A stretch of 64,000 nt of DNA from Armatimonadota bacterium (GTDB lineage: Bacteria > Armatimonadota > SYMT01), in NCBI GenBank assembly GCA_041690135.1, contig JAWLHY010000001.1:1088001-1152000 (forward strand), given 5' to 3'. The translations under genes and the position numbers were made by a program. The notes under the pieces are model-generated. The model had not been told where the DNA came from and did not search any database. It saw nothing but the letters and a program-made list of their open reading frames with translations. Every line of letters starts with the position of its first letter. Within the stretch, counting starts at the first letter, position 1. Below are positions 37,101 through 47,532 of the stretch, piece by piece.

Positions 37101-37934
37101 ATGACAGAAGGTACGGAAGTGGCGCTGGGTGGGAACGCCCGTCGGGAGGCGGGTGAGGTCGTGTGGTTCGAGCCGGTGGAGGCGCTGGGCGGCGTGGCGC
37201 GCCTGATGATGACCACCCGCCGTGGGGGTATCAGCCGTTCGCCCTACGACTCCCTGAACCTGGGGTTTCACGTTTCCGATGTGGAAGAGCGCGTGCGCCT
37301 GAACCGGCGTACCGTCCGCAGCCTGATGGACCGCGGCCTGCTCGATCCCGTGGTAGGGGAACAGGTGCACGGTACCTGCGCGCGCACCGTCGGCGAGCTC
37401 CATGCCGGCACGCGTTGGCAACAGCGTGAGACAGCCCTCCGAGACACCGACGCGCTGATCACCGGCAGCCGCCGCCTGCCCCTGGTCATCCTGGTGGCGG
37501 ACTGCCTCCCGGTCGCCCTGGTGGACCCCGTCCGGGGGATCGTCGCCGCGGTGCACGCCGGATGGCGCGGCCTGGCCGGCGGCATCCTCGAAAATACACT
37601 CGCACAGATGGAGGCGACCTGGGGCTGCCTGCCTTCCGACGTGATCGCCTGGATCGGTCCGGGCATTGGCCCCTGCTGCTACGAAGTGGGCTCCGAAGTG
37701 GCCCACCAGTTTTCCGGGTTCACTTTACCCGGAGCGCCCGGTGAAGGCGCCCGCCTCGACCTGCGCGCCGCGGCCAACGACCGTCTGTCCCGCGCCGGGA
37801 TCCTGGACGAGAACCTCACCGGTCTGCCCCTGTGCACCTCCTGCGAGCCGGATCTCTTCTTCAGCCACCGCCGTGCCACGAAAGAGGGCCAGTCCACCAC
37901 CGGCCGCCAGGCGATGCTTTTGTGGATGAGTTGA
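37101..37934 (+). CDS. pgeF: PgeF/YfiH family (peptidoglycan editing factor / purine nucleoside enzyme)
   Basis: SLNLG, EQVHG, DALIT, VADCLPV, AVHAGWRG, GPGIGPCCYEV and FFSHRR motifs. Confidence 0.95.
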   Translation: MTEGTEVALGGNARREAGEVVWFEPVEALGGVARLMMTTRRGGISRSPYDSLNLGFHVSDVEERVRLNRRTVRSLMDRGLLDPVVGEQVHGTCARTVGELHAGTRWQQRETALRDTDALITGSRRLPLVILVADCLPVALVDPVRGIVAAVHAGWRGLAGGILENTLAQMEATWGCLPSDVIAWIGPGIGPCCYEVGSEVAHQFSGFTLPGAPGEGARLDLRAAANDRLSRAGILDENLTGLPLCTSCEPDLFFSHRRATKEGQSTTGRQAMLLWMS

Positions 37935-38066
37935 TTCTCCCCTGGGACTACAGGGGGAGGAGCCACAGATTTCACAGATTGAAGATGAGGGAAAGCCGTG
38001 GCAGCGACTGCCGGCGCCGCCCCTCCGGGGACGCTGGGTGCGTTACCGAACAGAACGACGACTGGG

Positions 38067-38525
38067 TCAGTGCCGGAGAATCGATTCCTCGTAGTCCAGA
38101 AGTCCGGCCTCATAACCCTCTGTGAGAAGCCTCGTCACCTCGGCGTAGTCCGCTTCCGGGGGCACGTTAACCGAGATCAGGGAGTGGTGTTCGCTCCACT
38201 CGGACGCACAGCCGCGGGCCTGCAATTGCTCACGAAGGTGCGGCACTTCGGCTCGGTCGAAGAGAACCACTCGCAGGAGTGAGTTTCGTGACCGTTTCCG
38301 GGTGCAACGGTAGTAGGTTTCGCCGTCCACGTAGTCCACTTCCACAACATCGCCGAGGGTCGCTTCCCGAGTGAAGAACGGGATGTTGTCGAGGGTCAGG
38401 GTCCCATCCGCGTTCTGCTGACCCCATACGCTCTCGAATGTCACGGGCGGGTAGCCGTCCTCGTCCGGCTCCAGCCGGAACAGTACCTTCCGGAAGTTAT
38501 CAGCGTTGCCCGGCGGTCTTTTCAT
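38067..38525 (-). CDS. DUF4265-like protein
   Basis: ESVW...LDNIPFF...LGDVV...SRNSLLRV...GCASE...ISVNVPPEADY pattern. Confidence 0.75.
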   Translation of the reverse strand: MKRPPGNADNFRKVLFRLEPDEDGYPPVTFESVWGQQNADGTLTLDNIPFFTREATLGDVVEVDYVDGETYYRCTRKRSRNSLLRVVLFDRAEVPHLREQLQARGCASEWSEHHSLISVNVPPEADYAEVTRLLTEGYEAGLLDYEESILRH

Positions 38526-39001
38526 GGGACTGGCCGGACCTTTGGTTGTTCGACTTCGAACCTGAACAGGAGCACCTGGTCGTCATCGTTGCTGACGGCC
38601 ACAGCCCTGTCGGCTGCCGGATTGTAGAGGACGAACTCGTGGTCGGAGGCCATTTGGTAGATCCCGGCGATCCACTCCGGTGAAGCCGGGACGCGGAGCC
38701 GAGCCCACGGGAGGGCCATGCAGTCCGCATAGAGCAGCTCGGCCTCAGAGCCCAGCCAATCCACCAGCGCCTTCAGGCCGTCAAGCAGTCGTTCCGGCTC
38801 CGAGGAGCCGATGCCGGCCACGAACGGCATGCCGATCTGAATGGAAGGACGAATGATCGCCCACGGTGTCAGGCCGACTTCCTCTTCAAACCCGAGGAAT
38901 TGCAGGTTCGAACAGGACGCCAGGCGGTCCACCAGGTCCAAAATGCGACTACCGTGGCGCTTACCTATCTTGCGGTATCTGAGGGTCGTCAGTCGGTTCA
39001 T
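38522..39001 (-). CDS. hypothetical protein (immunity-like size and composition)
   Basis: 159 aa with an ATGA overlap to the DUF4265-like gene. No family recognised. Confidence 0.55.
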   Translation of the reverse strand: MNRLTTLRYRKIGKRHGSRILDLVDRLASCSNLQFLGFEEEVGLTPWAIIRPSIQIGMPFVAGIGSSEPERLLDGLKALVDWLGSEAELLYADCMALPWARLRVPASPEWIAGIYQMASDHEFVLYNPAADRAVAVSNDDDQVLLFRFEVEQPKVRPVP

Positions 39002-39185
39002 GGGGTGTGGATCACTTAGCTGGCCGCGTGTCCCGCCTTCTCAAGAGCTGCAGTTTAAAGGACGTGAACACACACAGAAGGATATCTCTCCGACGCAAAC
39101 GAATAGTAGACCTACTGCCTGCCTAGCAGATTTCCAAGCGGCCGGTGGGCTGCAAACAGGTCGGCAGTTGATAAGGGGGTCTCGG

Positions 39186-42100
39186 ATGAGTTTCTCGCAG
39201 CCACTTGTTCGCCCATCGAGGATGGTGAGCATTGGTTTGGCACTGCTCTGCCTTCTGGCATTAGCCTCTTTTCCTCGGCGGAGCGCACTTGCATCGCCCA
39301 AACTTGCTTCCGGGCTCGCTCGAGTACCGCTGGTGTTTGTGGAGCGGGCACGGGGGGGCAGCGGAGAAGCATCCTTCACCACGCAGTACGCGGGCCGGGC
39401 CGTCGGGTTCACTCCTCTTGGTCTGGCGATACGGCTACGCGCCCCGAATCGCGGATCGCAACTGCGCCAGGTGCTACGGTCCTCCCGCGACGGCCGTCGC
39501 GGGGAAAACAGGTCCGAACGCAGCTCATTTCGGGCCGGCGAGGAAGAAGAGCGCGCGGAGAACTGGATCGTGGCGCTGGATTTTGCCGGCGCATGCCGCA
39601 GTGTGGAGCCCCAGGGCGAAGATCCGGTAGACACGTCTTTTAGCTTCTTCACGGGTGAACGCCACCAGTGGGAAACCGGCTTATCCGGTTACCGGCGAAT
39701 CCGTTATCCGAGTCTCTGGCCTGGGATCGATCTGGTGTACCAGGGAGTAGCGGGCAAGCTCAAATACGAATTCCAGGTCCGGCCCGGAGCCGATCCATCG
39801 GCGATCCGAATGAAAGTGCGCGGCGCCACTCACGTGACGGTCTCGGATGATGGAAGTCTCCGGTGGGAAACCCCGGTGGGCATCCTGGGGGACGATTCTC
39901 CCTTCACCTATCAGGGAACGGGAGGCCAACAGCGCGAAATTGACTCAGCACACCAGATTCTGAATCGCTTTGGCAACGGGGACGTGGAGATTGGATTTCG
40001 GATTGGACGTTACGACCCCACCCAACTCCTTACGATCGATCCGGCGCTCCTCTTCTACTGCGGCTACGTCGGCGGTTCCGGCGAGGATTATATCCACGGA
40101 ATCACTGTGGATGGCGCGGGCAACGCCTATGTGGCCGGCTCTACCACAAGCTCGGCATTCTCGCTCCCGGTAACCGTGGGGCCGGACACCACGCAGAACG
40201 GTTTCGATGATGGGTTCGTCGCAAAGGTGCGTGCGGACGGTCTGGGCTTCAGCTACTGCGGCTACATTGGGGGCGCCGGGTCGGACGACGCGCAGGACGT
40301 CGCGGTCGATAGCGCGGGGAATGCCTACGTGGTGGGTAGGTCGAGTGGAGAGCTGTCCACCACCGTTGGTCCCGACCTGACTTACAATGGCGGCTATTTC
40401 GACACGTGGGTGGCAAAAGTCGGCGCTGGCGGCAACAGTCTGCTCTATTGCGGATACATTGGAGGCAGTGACAGCGAATACGGGCTGGGAATTGACGTGG
40501 ACGATCAGGGCCGAGCCTATGTTGTTGGCGAGACCTATTCCACGGCTCCCAGCTTCCCGGCACTCGTCGGGCCGGATCTTCAGGAAAATGGAGAGAGCGA
40601 CGCCTTCGTCGCACGCGTGCGAGCGGACGGCTCCGGCCTCGAATATGCCGGGTTCATCGGCGGCACGAGCGTCGAAGCCGCTTATGACGTCGTGGTGGAT
40701 GGTTACTATCACGCCTACCTCTGCGGTGCCACGTTCTCCCCCAGCAGTTCCTTTCCCGTGGTGGTGGGGCCCCTCCTGACGGAGCGCGCCGGATCGGAAG
40801 GCTTCGTGGCCAAAGTCGATCCGACAGGATCCGACCTCATCTACTGCGGTTACATCGGCGGTTATGGGTTCGACGAAGCGAACTCACTGGCCGTCGATGA
40901 TTCCGGCGTTGCCTATGTTTGTGGCACTTCCTCTTCGGACTTCGGGTTTCCACTCGCTGTCGGCCCCGACCTGACGCACAATGGGCAAGGAGATGCCTTT
41001 CTTGCCCAGGTAAGACCCGACGGGTTGGGGTTCCTTTCCTGCGGCTACCTGGGCGGCTCGGATTACGACCTTGCGCAGGGAATCGCCGTGGGGACGGACG
41101 GAGCCATCTACCTGACTGGATCCACCGACAGTGCGAGCGATACCTTTCCGGTGGTCGGTGGCCCGGACCTGACCCACAACGGCGGCCCCGACGCCTTCGT
41201 GGTCAAGCTGCGACCGGGAAGCCTGGTGCGGGACTACTGTGGCTACCTCGGTGGCGCGGGAGTTGATGTGGGGCGCTCGATTGCGGTGGATCCGCGGGGC
41301 AGTGTTTATGTTGCCGGCTACACGACGTCTCCGGCGGCAGAGTTCCCGGTAAAGGCGGGGCCGGACCTGACCCATGGGGGTGGTCCGATGTTTGTGCCCT
41401 ACGACGGCTTTGTAGCCTGCGTTCAGGTGCCGCCTACCCTCGCCCCGGAACTGTCTGTCACCGCTTTGCCGAGCGGTCGAGCGTATCTTGCCTGGACCCA
41501 TTCCAATCCCAACATCAGCGGCTTTGAGATCGAGCGCCGCATCGACGGCGGGGCCTTCCAGCCGCGGGCCGGCGTTGCGGCCAGCGAGAGCACGCTGGAG
41601 GACTCCGGACTGCTGGTCGGTTCCTTCTATACTTACCGTCTCCGCGCCGTGAACGGCGTCGGGGCAACCCCCTACTCGAATGAAGTCCGCGTCCAGGCCC
41701 TGCCGGGAAAGCCGGCCGCACCCTCCGGTCTGGAAGCGCATTACGTCGAAGGCCCCGCCATCGTTCTCTCCTGGAACGATAACAGCAGCGACGAACTGGG
41801 CTTCCGCGTCGAGCGAGCCGTGGGGAGCGGTGGTTTCGTGGAACACCATCTCACTGTCGCCAACTTCTCCAGTTTTGCGGACCTCAACATCCAGGCAGGG
41901 GCGACCTATCGATACCGGGTCTCGGCGTACAACGATGCCGGTGATTCCGCCACCGTGGAGTCTTCCGAAGTCACCGTCCCCATCGAGGTGCCGGACCCGC
42001 CCAAGAGCCTGATTGCCGCGCCCTTCGGTTCGCGTACCATCCGCCTTCTCTGGAGCGAACATAGTAGCGACGAGGCGGGCTTTCGGCTTTACCGCAAAGA

Positions 42101-42569
42101 AGGCGCCGGGGAGTTCACGCTTCAACAAACCCTTCCGGAGGATGCCACGCTTTGTTTCGACAGCGTGCTGCCTTCGCGGACCTACACCTACCGTGTGACA
42201 GTGTTCAACAGCGCGGGCGAATCCCTTCCGGCAACCTCCTTGTCCATTACCACCCCTCAAGATGGGCGCCTCGTGGTGACTCCGAAGAAAGTCACCTTTC
42301 CGCGGACTCGCGTCGGACGGACGGTCCTGAAGACGATCACGCTGCGGAACACCGGACGCGGGCCACTGTGGGTGCGGTGGAGTCAGCTCGGTTCGCCCTT
42401 CGGACTGAGTCCACTGAACGAGAAGGGCGAGGTGTTCCTCGAACCCCGCAAGATATATAAATTAAACGTGTCATACACTCCTGGCTCCCCGGGTCCCGCA
42501 AACAGCCTACTCACCCTCGATACCGATCTCGGCGATGTTGTCGTACCGCTGAAAGGAAACGCTCGGTGA
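39186..42569 (+). CDS. secreted SBBP beta-propeller protein with three FN3 domains and a C-terminal Ig-like domain
   Basis: Signal peptide, YPSLWPGIDLVY...KYEFQVRPGADP...LTIDP N-domain, seven (Y/S)(C/A)G(Y/F)(I/L/V)GGxxxD/E repeats, and FN3 W...GFxxxR...YxYRVxAxNxxG repeats. Confidence 0.9.
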   Translation: MSFSQPLVRPSRMVSIGLALLCLLALASFPRRSALASPKLASGLARVPLVFVERARGGSGEASFTTQYAGRAVGFTPLGLAIRLRAPNRGSQLRQVLRSSRDGRRGENRSERSSFRAGEEEERAENWIVALDFAGACRSVEPQGEDPVDTSFSFFTGERHQWETGLSGYRRIRYPSLWPGIDLVYQGVAGKLKYEFQVRPGADPSAIRMKVRGATHVTVSDDGSLRWETPVGILGDDSPFTYQGTGGQQREIDSAHQILNRFGNGDVEIGFRIGRYDPTQLLTIDPALLFYCGYVGGSGEDYIHGITVDGAGNAYVAGSTTSSAFSLPVTVGPDTTQNGFDDGFVAKVRADGLGFSYCGYIGGAGSDDAQDVAVDSAGNAYVVGRSSGELSTTVGPDLTYNGGYFDTWVAKVGAGGNSLLYCGYIGGSDSEYGLGIDVDDQGRAYVVGETYSTAPSFPALVGPDLQENGESDAFVARVRADGSGLEYAGFIGGTSVEAAYDVVVDGYYHAYLCGATFSPSSSFPVVVGPLLTERAGSEGFVAKVDPTGSDLIYCGYIGGYGFDEANSLAVDDSGVAYVCGTSSSDFGFPLAVGPDLTHNGQGDAFLAQVRPDGLGFLSCGYLGGSDYDLAQGIAVGTDGAIYLTGSTDSASDTFPVVGGPDLTHNGGPDAFVVKLRPGSLVRDYCGYLGGAGVDVGRSIAVDPRGSVYVAGYTTSPAAEFPVKAGPDLTHGGGPMFVPYDGFVACVQVPPTLAPELSVTALPSGRAYLAWTHSNPNISGFEIERRIDGGAFQPRAGVAASESTLEDSGLLVGSFYTYRLRAVNGVGATPYSNEVRVQALPGKPAAPSGLEAHYVEGPAIVLSWNDNSSDELGFRVERAVGSGGFVEHHLTVANFSSFADLNIQAGATYRYRVSAYNDAGDSATVESSEVTVPIEVPDPPKSLIAAPFGSRTIRLLWSEHSSDEAGFRLYRKEGAGEFTLQQTLPEDATLCFDSVLPSRTYTYRVTVFNSAGESLPATSLSITTPQDGRLVVTPKKVTFPRTRVGRTVLKTITLRNTGRGPLWVRWSQLGSPFGLSPLNEKGEVFLEPRKIYKLNVSYTPGSPGPANSLLTLDTDLGDVVVPLKGNAR

Positions 42570-42797
42570 GAGATCAGCAGCCAGGATGGACCGTGTTGGC
42601 GCTCCTTATGGTGTGCAAGAAATCGAGCGCACACCTCGTTTTCACTGTGTAGTGCCTCGATAGCGTCCTTTTTCCATCCCGACCGTGCTCAATGCCGGCC
42701 AGTGCTGTGGAAGAGAGACAGGCGGGAGGCACCCGTGTGCCGCTTTGTCCTGGCAACATCGTGCAGGCCGGTTGCCTGCAACCCGAGGACCATCGAC

Positions 42798-43952
42798 ATG
42801 TGTTCGTTCCCAAGAGGGGTTGCTCTCCTCACGCTAGCCCTCGCGCTGGTCTTCCCGCTCCTTGCTTCCGGGGTCCTTGCCGCTGGACCCACGCCAAAGC
42901 ATGCCGCGGCATTTTCCCGCCTGAAGGGGGAACTGGACGCGGTTGAACAGGCGGGTGCGACGCTCGATCCGGATGCGTACCAGCATAGGCGAGCGGCGAT
43001 TGCGGCTAAGGCAGTGCAGTTGGTGAGAACCGATCCTGCCACCCCGGATGCCGCAGAGGTGCTGCAATGGGTCCTGCAGTATCACTGGGCGTCGGACGCG
43101 GCAGTCGAAGCAGCCGCATGGGTGGCCAAACACCACATTAACTCGGCTCTTTCCCCCGGCTTGACAGCACGGCCGACAGCCTGGACAGGTCCACTGCTGC
43201 AGAAGGCCGTGGACGCCAAACTGCCGCCGATGGATCGAGCGAAGGCGCACTTACTGGCGGCCATGCACCGGCAAGCCACGCTGGATGTATGGGACGCAGT
43301 GCAAGGAGCAACGGCGGATGCGCTCGTCTTGCTCAAGCGAGAGCACGGCGGGCGGTTCGTCGACCAGTTGCGCTCCGCCAACGGAGCGGCTCTCGAAACC
43401 GGGGCCATTCAGGCATTCAAAGAAGCCGCCCGCCAGCATGGCCACGTCAACCTGGGCGGAATGAAGGTGGAGAAGCACGCCGAGGCGGCCCTCTTTGCGA
43501 TCCAGCACTTGCGGCTGGGAAGGACTGCTCCCGAAATTCAGGGCGAGAGTATCGACGGGACCGAACTCAAGCTGAGCAGCTACCGGTCCAAAGTCGTTCT
43601 CTTGAGTTTTTGGGCCACCTGGTGCTCTCCCTGCGTGAGCGACCTGCGAGAAGAGCGGCGACTGGTAGACGAAATGCGAGGTCGGCCGTTCGCGCTGATT
43701 GGCGTCAATCTCGACTCCCGTCGTGACAGGCTCCCCGCGTTCCTCAAGGAACACGGAGTCTCCTGGCCGTCGTTCTGGGACGGAAAGCAACACGCGATCA
43801 GCAACAGGTGGCAGGCTCGGCAGCTTCCCACAATCTATGTCATCGACCACAAACAGACTATCCGCGGTAAGGCCATCTCATTACCCGAAGCGGAGCGGAT
43901 GGTCCATCGCCTGGTGAGAGAGGCGGAGGGCGCAGTGACAGGTCGGGAATGA
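42798..43952 (+). CDS. TlpA-like redoxin (thiol:disulfide oxidoreductase) with N-terminal helical domain
   Basis: Signal peptide, APEIQGESIDG, FWATWCSPC and LPTIYVID. Confidence 0.92.
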   Translation: MCSFPRGVALLTLALALVFPLLASGVLAAGPTPKHAAAFSRLKGELDAVEQAGATLDPDAYQHRRAAIAAKAVQLVRTDPATPDAAEVLQWVLQYHWASDAAVEAAAWVAKHHINSALSPGLTARPTAWTGPLLQKAVDAKLPPMDRAKAHLLAAMHRQATLDVWDAVQGATADALVLLKREHGGRFVDQLRSANGAALETGAIQAFKEAARQHGHVNLGGMKVEKHAEAALFAIQHLRLGRTAPEIQGESIDGTELKLSSYRSKVVLLSFWATWCSPCVSDLREERRLVDEMRGRPFALIGVNLDSRRDRLPAFLKEHGVSWPSFWDGKQHAISNRWQARQLPTIYVIDHKQTIRGKAISLPEAERMVHRLVREAEGAVTGRE

Positions 43953-44229
43953 TGCTTTCCACCCGGACGGCACGCCGGTGCTGTTGCCCGATAGGGAGAC
44001 GGTGGTGAACATCATTGCCCACCACCACACCTCAAGAAGAGATCTCGCCTGTCTCGATTCAGGGGCGCATTTCAGCCGAGGGTACAAGGGGGCGGCTGAA
44101 TCTTTGTTCACCTGGCAGGAAGACGATAGCCTGATAGCGAACAAGTTGGTGATTGCGTCACAACACCGCAATCTTTTATCTCACCGCCCGGCAGGGAGCC
44201 GGGCGGTTACTGTTCTCTTAGAGGCTATC

Positions 44230-47200
44230 ATGCGTCTTTCATCTGCTTTACGCAGAGCCGCCGCCCCGGCTGTGTTGGCGGTGTTGGCTCTGCTCTTAGT
44301 GCTTAGTAACGCATCTGCCGAGACACTCGGCACCTTTCGGGTCAGCAACAATATCGCCAGGGATGTCATGGGGACCTATGCACTTCAGGTCGCGGTAAGT
44401 GCTGATGGGAATACGGTAGCTTACAGCTCTCCCCACCCGAGCCTTGTCCCTGCAGACAACACCGGGTATTACGACATCTTCGTATGGAATCGGGGCACCG
44501 GCGTAACGGAGCTCGTCAGTGTAACCCCGGCTGGACAGGCGGGCAACGGATCCAGCGTGTCTCCGACTTTGAGTGCCGATGGCCGCTACGTGGGGTTTAT
44601 CTCGTATGCCAACGACCTGGTTACCGGTGACACGAACGAAGCGCCGGACATCTTCGTGCGTGACCGGCTGAGAGGTGTCACCGAAAGGATCGAAGCGACC
44701 TTGGGTGATGCGGTGAGCCTCTTCCAAGGTGTTGCCCAGATGAGCGACGACGGACGGTATGTGGTGTTCCACTCCATTGCGTCCAACCTGGTGCCGAGTG
44801 ACGCGAATGGGGTTGAGGATGTCTTCGTTTTTGACAGGCAGCTTCACACCATGGAGCGCGTAAGCGTGAGTGAGGCGGGAGTCGAGGGTAACAGCGGAAG
44901 CTTTTGGCCGAGTATCTCCGCCGATGGGAGGCTTGTTGCATTCACATCTGCGGCCTCCAACCTGGTAGCGAATGACACCAATGATGTCAGCGATGTCTTT
45001 GTCCACGATCGTCAGGTGGGTACAACGTGGAGGTGTAGTGTCAAGGGCATAAACGAGCAGCTTGAGGGTTACTCCTTCAGGCCGGAAATCAGTGCGAATG
45101 GGGAGTTCGTCGCCTTCCTTTCAAGTGCGCCGGGAATCGTTCCAGTCGACAACAACGGGACCACCGACGTTTTCGTTCGTGATCTGATTCGTGGAGTGAC
45201 TGAGCTCGTAAGTGTCAACATTTACGGTGAGACCGGTCCTGGCACGCCGACCAATGAGCACGTCGACATCAGCGCAGATGGTCGCTTCGTGGTCTTCCAT
45301 TCGGGAGCCAGCGATCTAGACTTCTCATTCCCGCCGGGTAGTGGGCGAGGCGTTTTTGTCCGTGATCGTCAGCTGAATACCACCGGAAAGGTGAATGTGC
45401 AGGTAACGCCTAAACAATTCACGACCGGAGCATTTAGCCCCCGGATCAGCGCGAATGGGCAGTGGGTTGTGTTCTGCTCCCCAGATAAACTACTTGTTCC
45501 GGACGATACGGACGAGATGTACGATGCCTTCATCGTCCATCGCAGCCCGTCCAGTTGGAATCTACCTCCCGTCGCCTTTGCGGGTCCGGATCGCCAGATC
45601 GCGCTCCCTCATGACGGCTCTCCCGCATCTGGAGCCGCCCGAGTCGTGTTCGACGGACGGAACTCGAACGACCCGGACGGCACGATCATCTCGTACCAAT
45701 GGTACATTCCGGCACGGGGCGTTTGGGGCACCGGTCCGCGGTTCGAGCAGGATTTCGATCGCGGAACACACCAGGTGATTCTCAAAGTGTTCGACCTTTA
45801 CGGGGCCAGCGATGAGGACGTGATCACCGTGACAGTTGCCGCCGAGCCCAACCTCCCCCCCACAGCTCATGCGGGAGCCGGACAACAGGTCGTCGTTCCG
45901 CACGACGGGGATCCGGGCACGAATACGGTGACGGTCAGCCTGAATGGCAGTTATTCCAGCGACCCCGAGGGCGATGCCCTCGCTTTTCAGTGGCGGGATG
46001 CGCTGGGTGCGCTTTTGTCCGAGGCCGCCTCACTGACACGGACGGTCCCTCCGGGAAAGCACACGTTCCGTCTTCGGGTGACCGACCTGTATGGCGCCTA
46101 CGACGAGGAGAGCGTGAGCGTCCACGTCCTGCCTGAGCCGAATCAGGCGCCCGTGGCCGATGCCGGACCCGACCAACTGGTCCGGGTGTCCCGGGAAACC
46201 GGTGTCGCAGGCGTGGTGCGGGTGCAACTGGATGCTTCTCGTTCCTTCGATCCGGACGGTGACCTCCTCGGGTTCTCCTGGATGGACACTTCCGGAACCG
46301 TTCAGGCGGATACTGCTTCCTGGGAGGTGGATCTGGCCCCCGGCAAGCACAGCTTCCTGGTGCAGGTAACCGATCTCTATGGCGCCGTGGATCAGAGCCG
46401 GGTTACCGTGCTGGTGGCTCCGGCCCGTAATCGTCCGCCCGTAGCTCGCGCGGGGAACGATCAGGATCTTCGTCTGGCTCCGGATGCAACTCCGGAAACG
46501 GGAACGGTCGAGGCCACACTGGACGCCGGGCGCTCGCACGATCCGGACGGGGATCTGCTGGCCTACGAGTGGAGGGACGGTAATGACGCCGTGGTGGGCG
46601 CTGGGACCACTCTGACGTCCAACCTTTCGGCGGGTGTCCACACGTTCTTCCTTACGGTCACCGACCCCTTCGGCGCCACCGGTCAGGATAGGGTCACCGT
46701 GCGGGTACTGCCCGCCAGGAACCGCACGCCCATTGCCCGCGCGGGTGAAGACGTGGCCGTGGCGGAGGGGACCGGCAAAACCACCGGTGTCGCGCTGAAT
46801 GGAACGGCCTCTTCGGACCCGGATGGACACGCGTTGACCTACGAGTGGTCGGTGCTGGAACGTCCGGTCGGCACCGGTCCGGAGCCGACTGTGGATCTGG
46901 AGCCCGGTCGCCACAAAGTCAAGCTCACGGTGACGGACCCCTGGGGCGCCACGGCCACGGACATCGTTTATGTTACGGTGGGTGTGGTCGATGTCACGGG
47001 AGAGGTGCAGATTCGCCGTGGCCGGCTGACCAGGGTGTCCGGTCGCGGGGCATACACGCTCGTTGTTCGGGTCGCAAACCGCACCGCGGGAGTATTGCCC
47101 GGCCCGGTTTCCCTGGTGGTGGACGGCCTCCCCAACACCGTGAAGGTGACCAACGCCGAAGGCCTGACCAGCGAAGCCACCGGGAAGGTGGGAAGCCCCT

Positions 47201-47331
47201 ATGTGACGGAGCGGAAGGACGGGTTGGCGCCCGGCCCATACCAGGCGGTGACCCTGCACCTGAACGTCCGGGGTAAGCCTAACGGCCTTCCCGGAAGCTT
47301 GCGGGTGTTGGCCGGGATTGGGCCGAGGTAA
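44230..47331 (+). CDS. secreted TolB-like/PD40 beta-propeller protein with five PKD/REJ-type Ig repeats
   Basis: Repeats (I/L/M)SADGRYVxFxSxAxNLVxxDTN...DVFVxDR, followed by five NxxPxAxAG...SxDPDGDxLxYxW...VTDxxGA units. Confidence 0.9.
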   Translation: MRLSSALRRAAAPAVLAVLALLLVLSNASAETLGTFRVSNNIARDVMGTYALQVAVSADGNTVAYSSPHPSLVPADNTGYYDIFVWNRGTGVTELVSVTPAGQAGNGSSVSPTLSADGRYVGFISYANDLVTGDTNEAPDIFVRDRLRGVTERIEATLGDAVSLFQGVAQMSDDGRYVVFHSIASNLVPSDANGVEDVFVFDRQLHTMERVSVSEAGVEGNSGSFWPSISADGRLVAFTSAASNLVANDTNDVSDVFVHDRQVGTTWRCSVKGINEQLEGYSFRPEISANGEFVAFLSSAPGIVPVDNNGTTDVFVRDLIRGVTELVSVNIYGETGPGTPTNEHVDISADGRFVVFHSGASDLDFSFPPGSGRGVFVRDRQLNTTGKVNVQVTPKQFTTGAFSPRISANGQWVVFCSPDKLLVPDDTDEMYDAFIVHRSPSSWNLPPVAFAGPDRQIALPHDGSPASGAARVVFDGRNSNDPDGTIISYQWYIPARGVWGTGPRFEQDFDRGTHQVILKVFDLYGASDEDVITVTVAAEPNLPPTAHAGAGQQVVVPHDGDPGTNTVTVSLNGSYSSDPEGDALAFQWRDALGALLSEAASLTRTVPPGKHTFRLRVTDLYGAYDEESVSVHVLPEPNQAPVADAGPDQLVRVSRETGVAGVVRVQLDASRSFDPDGDLLGFSWMDTSGTVQADTASWEVDLAPGKHSFLVQVTDLYGAVDQSRVTVLVAPARNRPPVARAGNDQDLRLAPDATPETGTVEATLDAGRSHDPDGDLLAYEWRDGNDAVVGAGTTLTSNLSAGVHTFFLTVTDPFGATGQDRVTVRVLPARNRTPIARAGEDVAVAEGTGKTTGVALNGTASSDPDGHALTYEWSVLERPVGTGPEPTVDLEPGRHKVKLTVTDPWGATATDIVYVTVGVVDVTGEVQIRRGRLTRVSGRGAYTLVVRVANRTAGVLPGPVSLVVDGLPNTVKVTNAEGLTSEATGKVGSPYVTERKDGLAPGPYQAVTLHLNVRGKPNGLPGSLRVLAGIGPR

Positions 47332-47532
47332 GAGCCTACAGGTAACCCAAAGGGTCAATGTTCCCATGAGGAACGGCCGGATAGGATCACCTTTCCGGCC
47401 GTTTCGCTCTGCTCTGCCTCCCCTTCTGTCTTCCCCCATCCCCACTAACTTCTCTCGACAGTCGGAGTGGGCGTCTGCGCGCCGGGGAAACATAGTGCAG
47501 CCGGCAAACCACGACTCGCCGGTGAGGGTGAG

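Noticed and set aside
44151-44177. GATTGCG-N9-CGCAATC inverted repeat as a CIRCE element
   Set aside because: The spacing matches but the sequence does not match TTAGCACTC-N9-GAGTGCTAA. At most it is a weak hairpin or unknown operator.
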